DNA of 25,864 nt, taken from assembly GCA_038203875.1 (NCBI GenBank), contig JBBRDN010000038.1:1-25864 (forward strand). Reading direction: 5' to 3'. The notes under the pieces are model-generated. The model had not been told where the DNA came from and did no database searches. It worked only from the letters and a program-made list of their open reading frames with translations. Below, in pieces: positions 24,456 through 25,864 of this stretch; within the stretch, counting starts at the first letter, position 1; each line of letters opens with the position of its first letter. A program made the translations under genes and the position numbers. Source of the DNA: Verrucomicrobiota bacterium. Its GTDB lineage: Bacteria > Verrucomicrobiota > Verrucomicrobiia > Limisphaerales > CANJSG01.

Positions 24456-24457
24456 CA

Positions 24458-25864
24458 ATGATCACACGCTTCTCCGTCGCTCCGCTCTGGCAGATGACCC
24501 GCCAACTTGCCGCTGTCGCCTCGGGCAGATCGGCGCCGGACCTCGTCATCACCGGCGGTCGCGTGTTGTCCACCTACACCGAACGCACGCTGCCCGACCG
24601 CGAGATCTGGATCAGCGGCGGCCGCATCGCCGCGGTGAAGCCGGCTGGCGAGGCCAAGAAGCTGGGTTTCACCACGAAGTTCTACGATGCGCGCGGCGGC
24701 ATCCTCGCGCCGGGCCTGGTTGATCCGCACGTCCACATCGAATCCTCGATGATGACCGCGTGTGCCTATGCCGAAGCCGCGCTGCTCAACGGCACGACCA
24801 CCCTCTTCTGCGACAGCCACGAGATCGGCAATGTCTGCGACACTGCGGGCATCGAATGGATGCTGGAAGATGCGCGGCAGGCGCCGCTAAATATCTTCCT
24901 CACTGTTCCCAGCACCGTTCCGGCGACGAATCCCGACCTCGAGACCGCCGGTGGCGATCTCACACCCGCGAAGATCGGCGCGCTCTTCGACCGATGGCCG
25001 GAAGCCGTTGCGCTCGGCGAGAAGATGGACTTCATCCCGGTCTGCCTGGGCGATGAACGCAGCCACGGACTAATCGCAGAATCGCTCAAGCGCGGCCGGC
25101 CCGTCTGCGGCCACATCTACGGACGAGAATTCGTCGCCGCCTATGCTGCCTCGGGCGTGACGGACACCCATGAAGCCATCGACCGCGAGATCGCCAACGA
25201 CTTCCTCGAAGCCGGCATCTGGATCTTCCTGCGCGGCGGCAATCCCGCGACGCCGTGGCATTCGCTCCCGCTCGCGATCAAGGCCGTCACCGAACTCGGC
25301 GCGAACCCCAAGCGCGTCTGCGTCTGCACCGACGACCGCGATGCGGACGACCTGTTCCTCTTCGGCCTCGACTGGGTCACGCGCCAGGCCATCACCGCCG
25401 GCGTGAAGCCCGAGACGGCTTGGAGCATGGGTTCGCTCCATGGCGCGACGCGCTATGGCTTCGACGGCGAATTCGGCGCGCTCGGCCATTCCCGTCGCGC
25501 GGACATCGTTCTCCTGAACGACTCGCTCGAAGTGCAGAACACCTGGTTCGGCGGCGAGCTCATGGTCGAGAACCGTCAACCAACACCGCTGCTCGCCGAG
25601 CAGGTGAGCAAGCACCGCTACCATTATCCCGCAGCCGCCTACAGCACCGTCCAAGTCTCCGACGACGTGAAACTGATCCCGGAGTTGCCGACCAATACGG
25701 TCACGGCAAACGCCATCCGTGTCGCACTGCCGGGCATCATCACCTTCCATGAACGAATCGAGCTCACGCCTGAGGCTTCATGGGAGGAGCACTTCCGGAA
25801 ACACAACCTCTGCTTCGTCAGCGTGGTTGAACGCTACGGCCGTTCGAAACGCGTCGGTCTGGGT
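24458..25864 (+). CDS. ade: Adenine deaminase (3' end beyond window)
   Basis: This frame is open from ATG 24458 to the window end (469 codons), which is why it is absent from the ORF track. Motifs: [28 protein letters not shown] (metal-binding HxH), [34 protein letters not shown] and ADIVLLND. There is no signal peptide. Confidence 0.88.
   Translation, partial: MITRFSVAPLWQMTRQLAAVASGRSAPDLVITGGRVLSTYTERTLPDREIWISGGRIAAVKPAGEAKKLGFTTKFYDARGGILAPGLVDPHVHIESSMMTACAYAEAALLNGTTTLFCDSHEIGNVCDTAGIEWMLEDARQAPLNIFLTVPSTVPATNPDLETAGGDLTPAKIGALFDRWPEAVALGEKMDFIPVCLGDERSHGLIAESLKRGRPVCGHIYGREFVAAYAASGVTDTHEAIDREIANDFLEAGIWIFLRGGNPATPWHSLPLAIKAVTELGANPKRVCVCTDDRDADDLFLFGLDWVTRQAITAGVKPETAWSMGSLHGATRYGFDGEFGALGHSRRADIVLLNDSLEVQNTWFGGELMVENRQPTPLLAEQVSKHRYHYPAAAYSTVQVSDDVKLIPELPTNTVTANAIRVALPGIITFHERIELTPEASWEEHFRKHNLCFVSVVERYGRSKRVGLG

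Noticed and set aside
24105-24457. Possible purine, SAM or cobalamin riboswitch in the TBDT/ade leader
   Set aside because: Reading both strands, I could not find the conserved cores I know for these riboswitch classes. Only generic hairpins are present. This is not excluded, because it needs a covariance-model scan, so it is reported only as an unassigned structured region.
24167-24820. 217-aa and 117-aa minus-strand ORFs crossing the intergenic region into the adenine deaminase gene
   Set aside because: They are antisense to the strongly supported ade frame, have a low-complexity Arg/Gly/Ala composition and lack a plausible start context.
1-25864. Mobile elements, CRISPR arrays, toxin-antitoxin or defence-island signatures
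   Set aside because: No transposase, integrase or recombinase motifs were seen. There are no terminal inverted repeats, no regularly spaced repeat arrays and no abrupt compositional shift. The window looks like core chromosome.

Overview
This is a GC-rich, gene-dense chromosomal segment from a diderm bacterium, as shown by the TonB-dependent receptor and the many exported enzymes. The protein families and weak Shine-Dalgarno usage are reminiscent of Verrucomicrobiota/PVC-type genomes, but taxonomy cannot be fixed from this window. I call 24 protein-coding genes (two cut by the window edges), two intrinsic terminators and one pair of intergenic direct repeats. I recognised no rRNA, tRNA, CRISPR array, transposase, integrase or prophage signature. 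Positions 1-4296 (minus strand) look like an envelope/glycosylation operon: an exported FGE-sulfatase-domain protein, a proline-tailed membrane protein and a giant double GT4 glycosyltransferase. Positions 4412-12803 are mostly housekeeping or miscellaneous genes: a two-gene unknown cassette, a TatD-like hydrolase with a PH-domain membrane protein, an AraC regulator, sppA-upp-M24 homologue, htpX and a GNAT. Positions 12810-25864 hold the notable part. A TonB-dependent receptor is followed by a run of signal-peptide-bearing adenosine/purine enzymes: a NUP-family PNP-fold protein, an ADA2-like adenosine deaminase, a CocE/NonD hydrolase and an MTA/SAH-nucleosidase-like protein. Embedded among them is an NCS2 purine-base permease. 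A divergent cytoplasmic adenine deaminase flanks one side, and an exported SAM hydroxide adenosyltransferase with a BASS-family transporter flanks the other. I read this as an extracytoplasmic scavenging pathway for adenosine-containing compounds, coupled to energised outer-membrane uptake. All functional calls rest on motif recognition by eye; no database search was possible.
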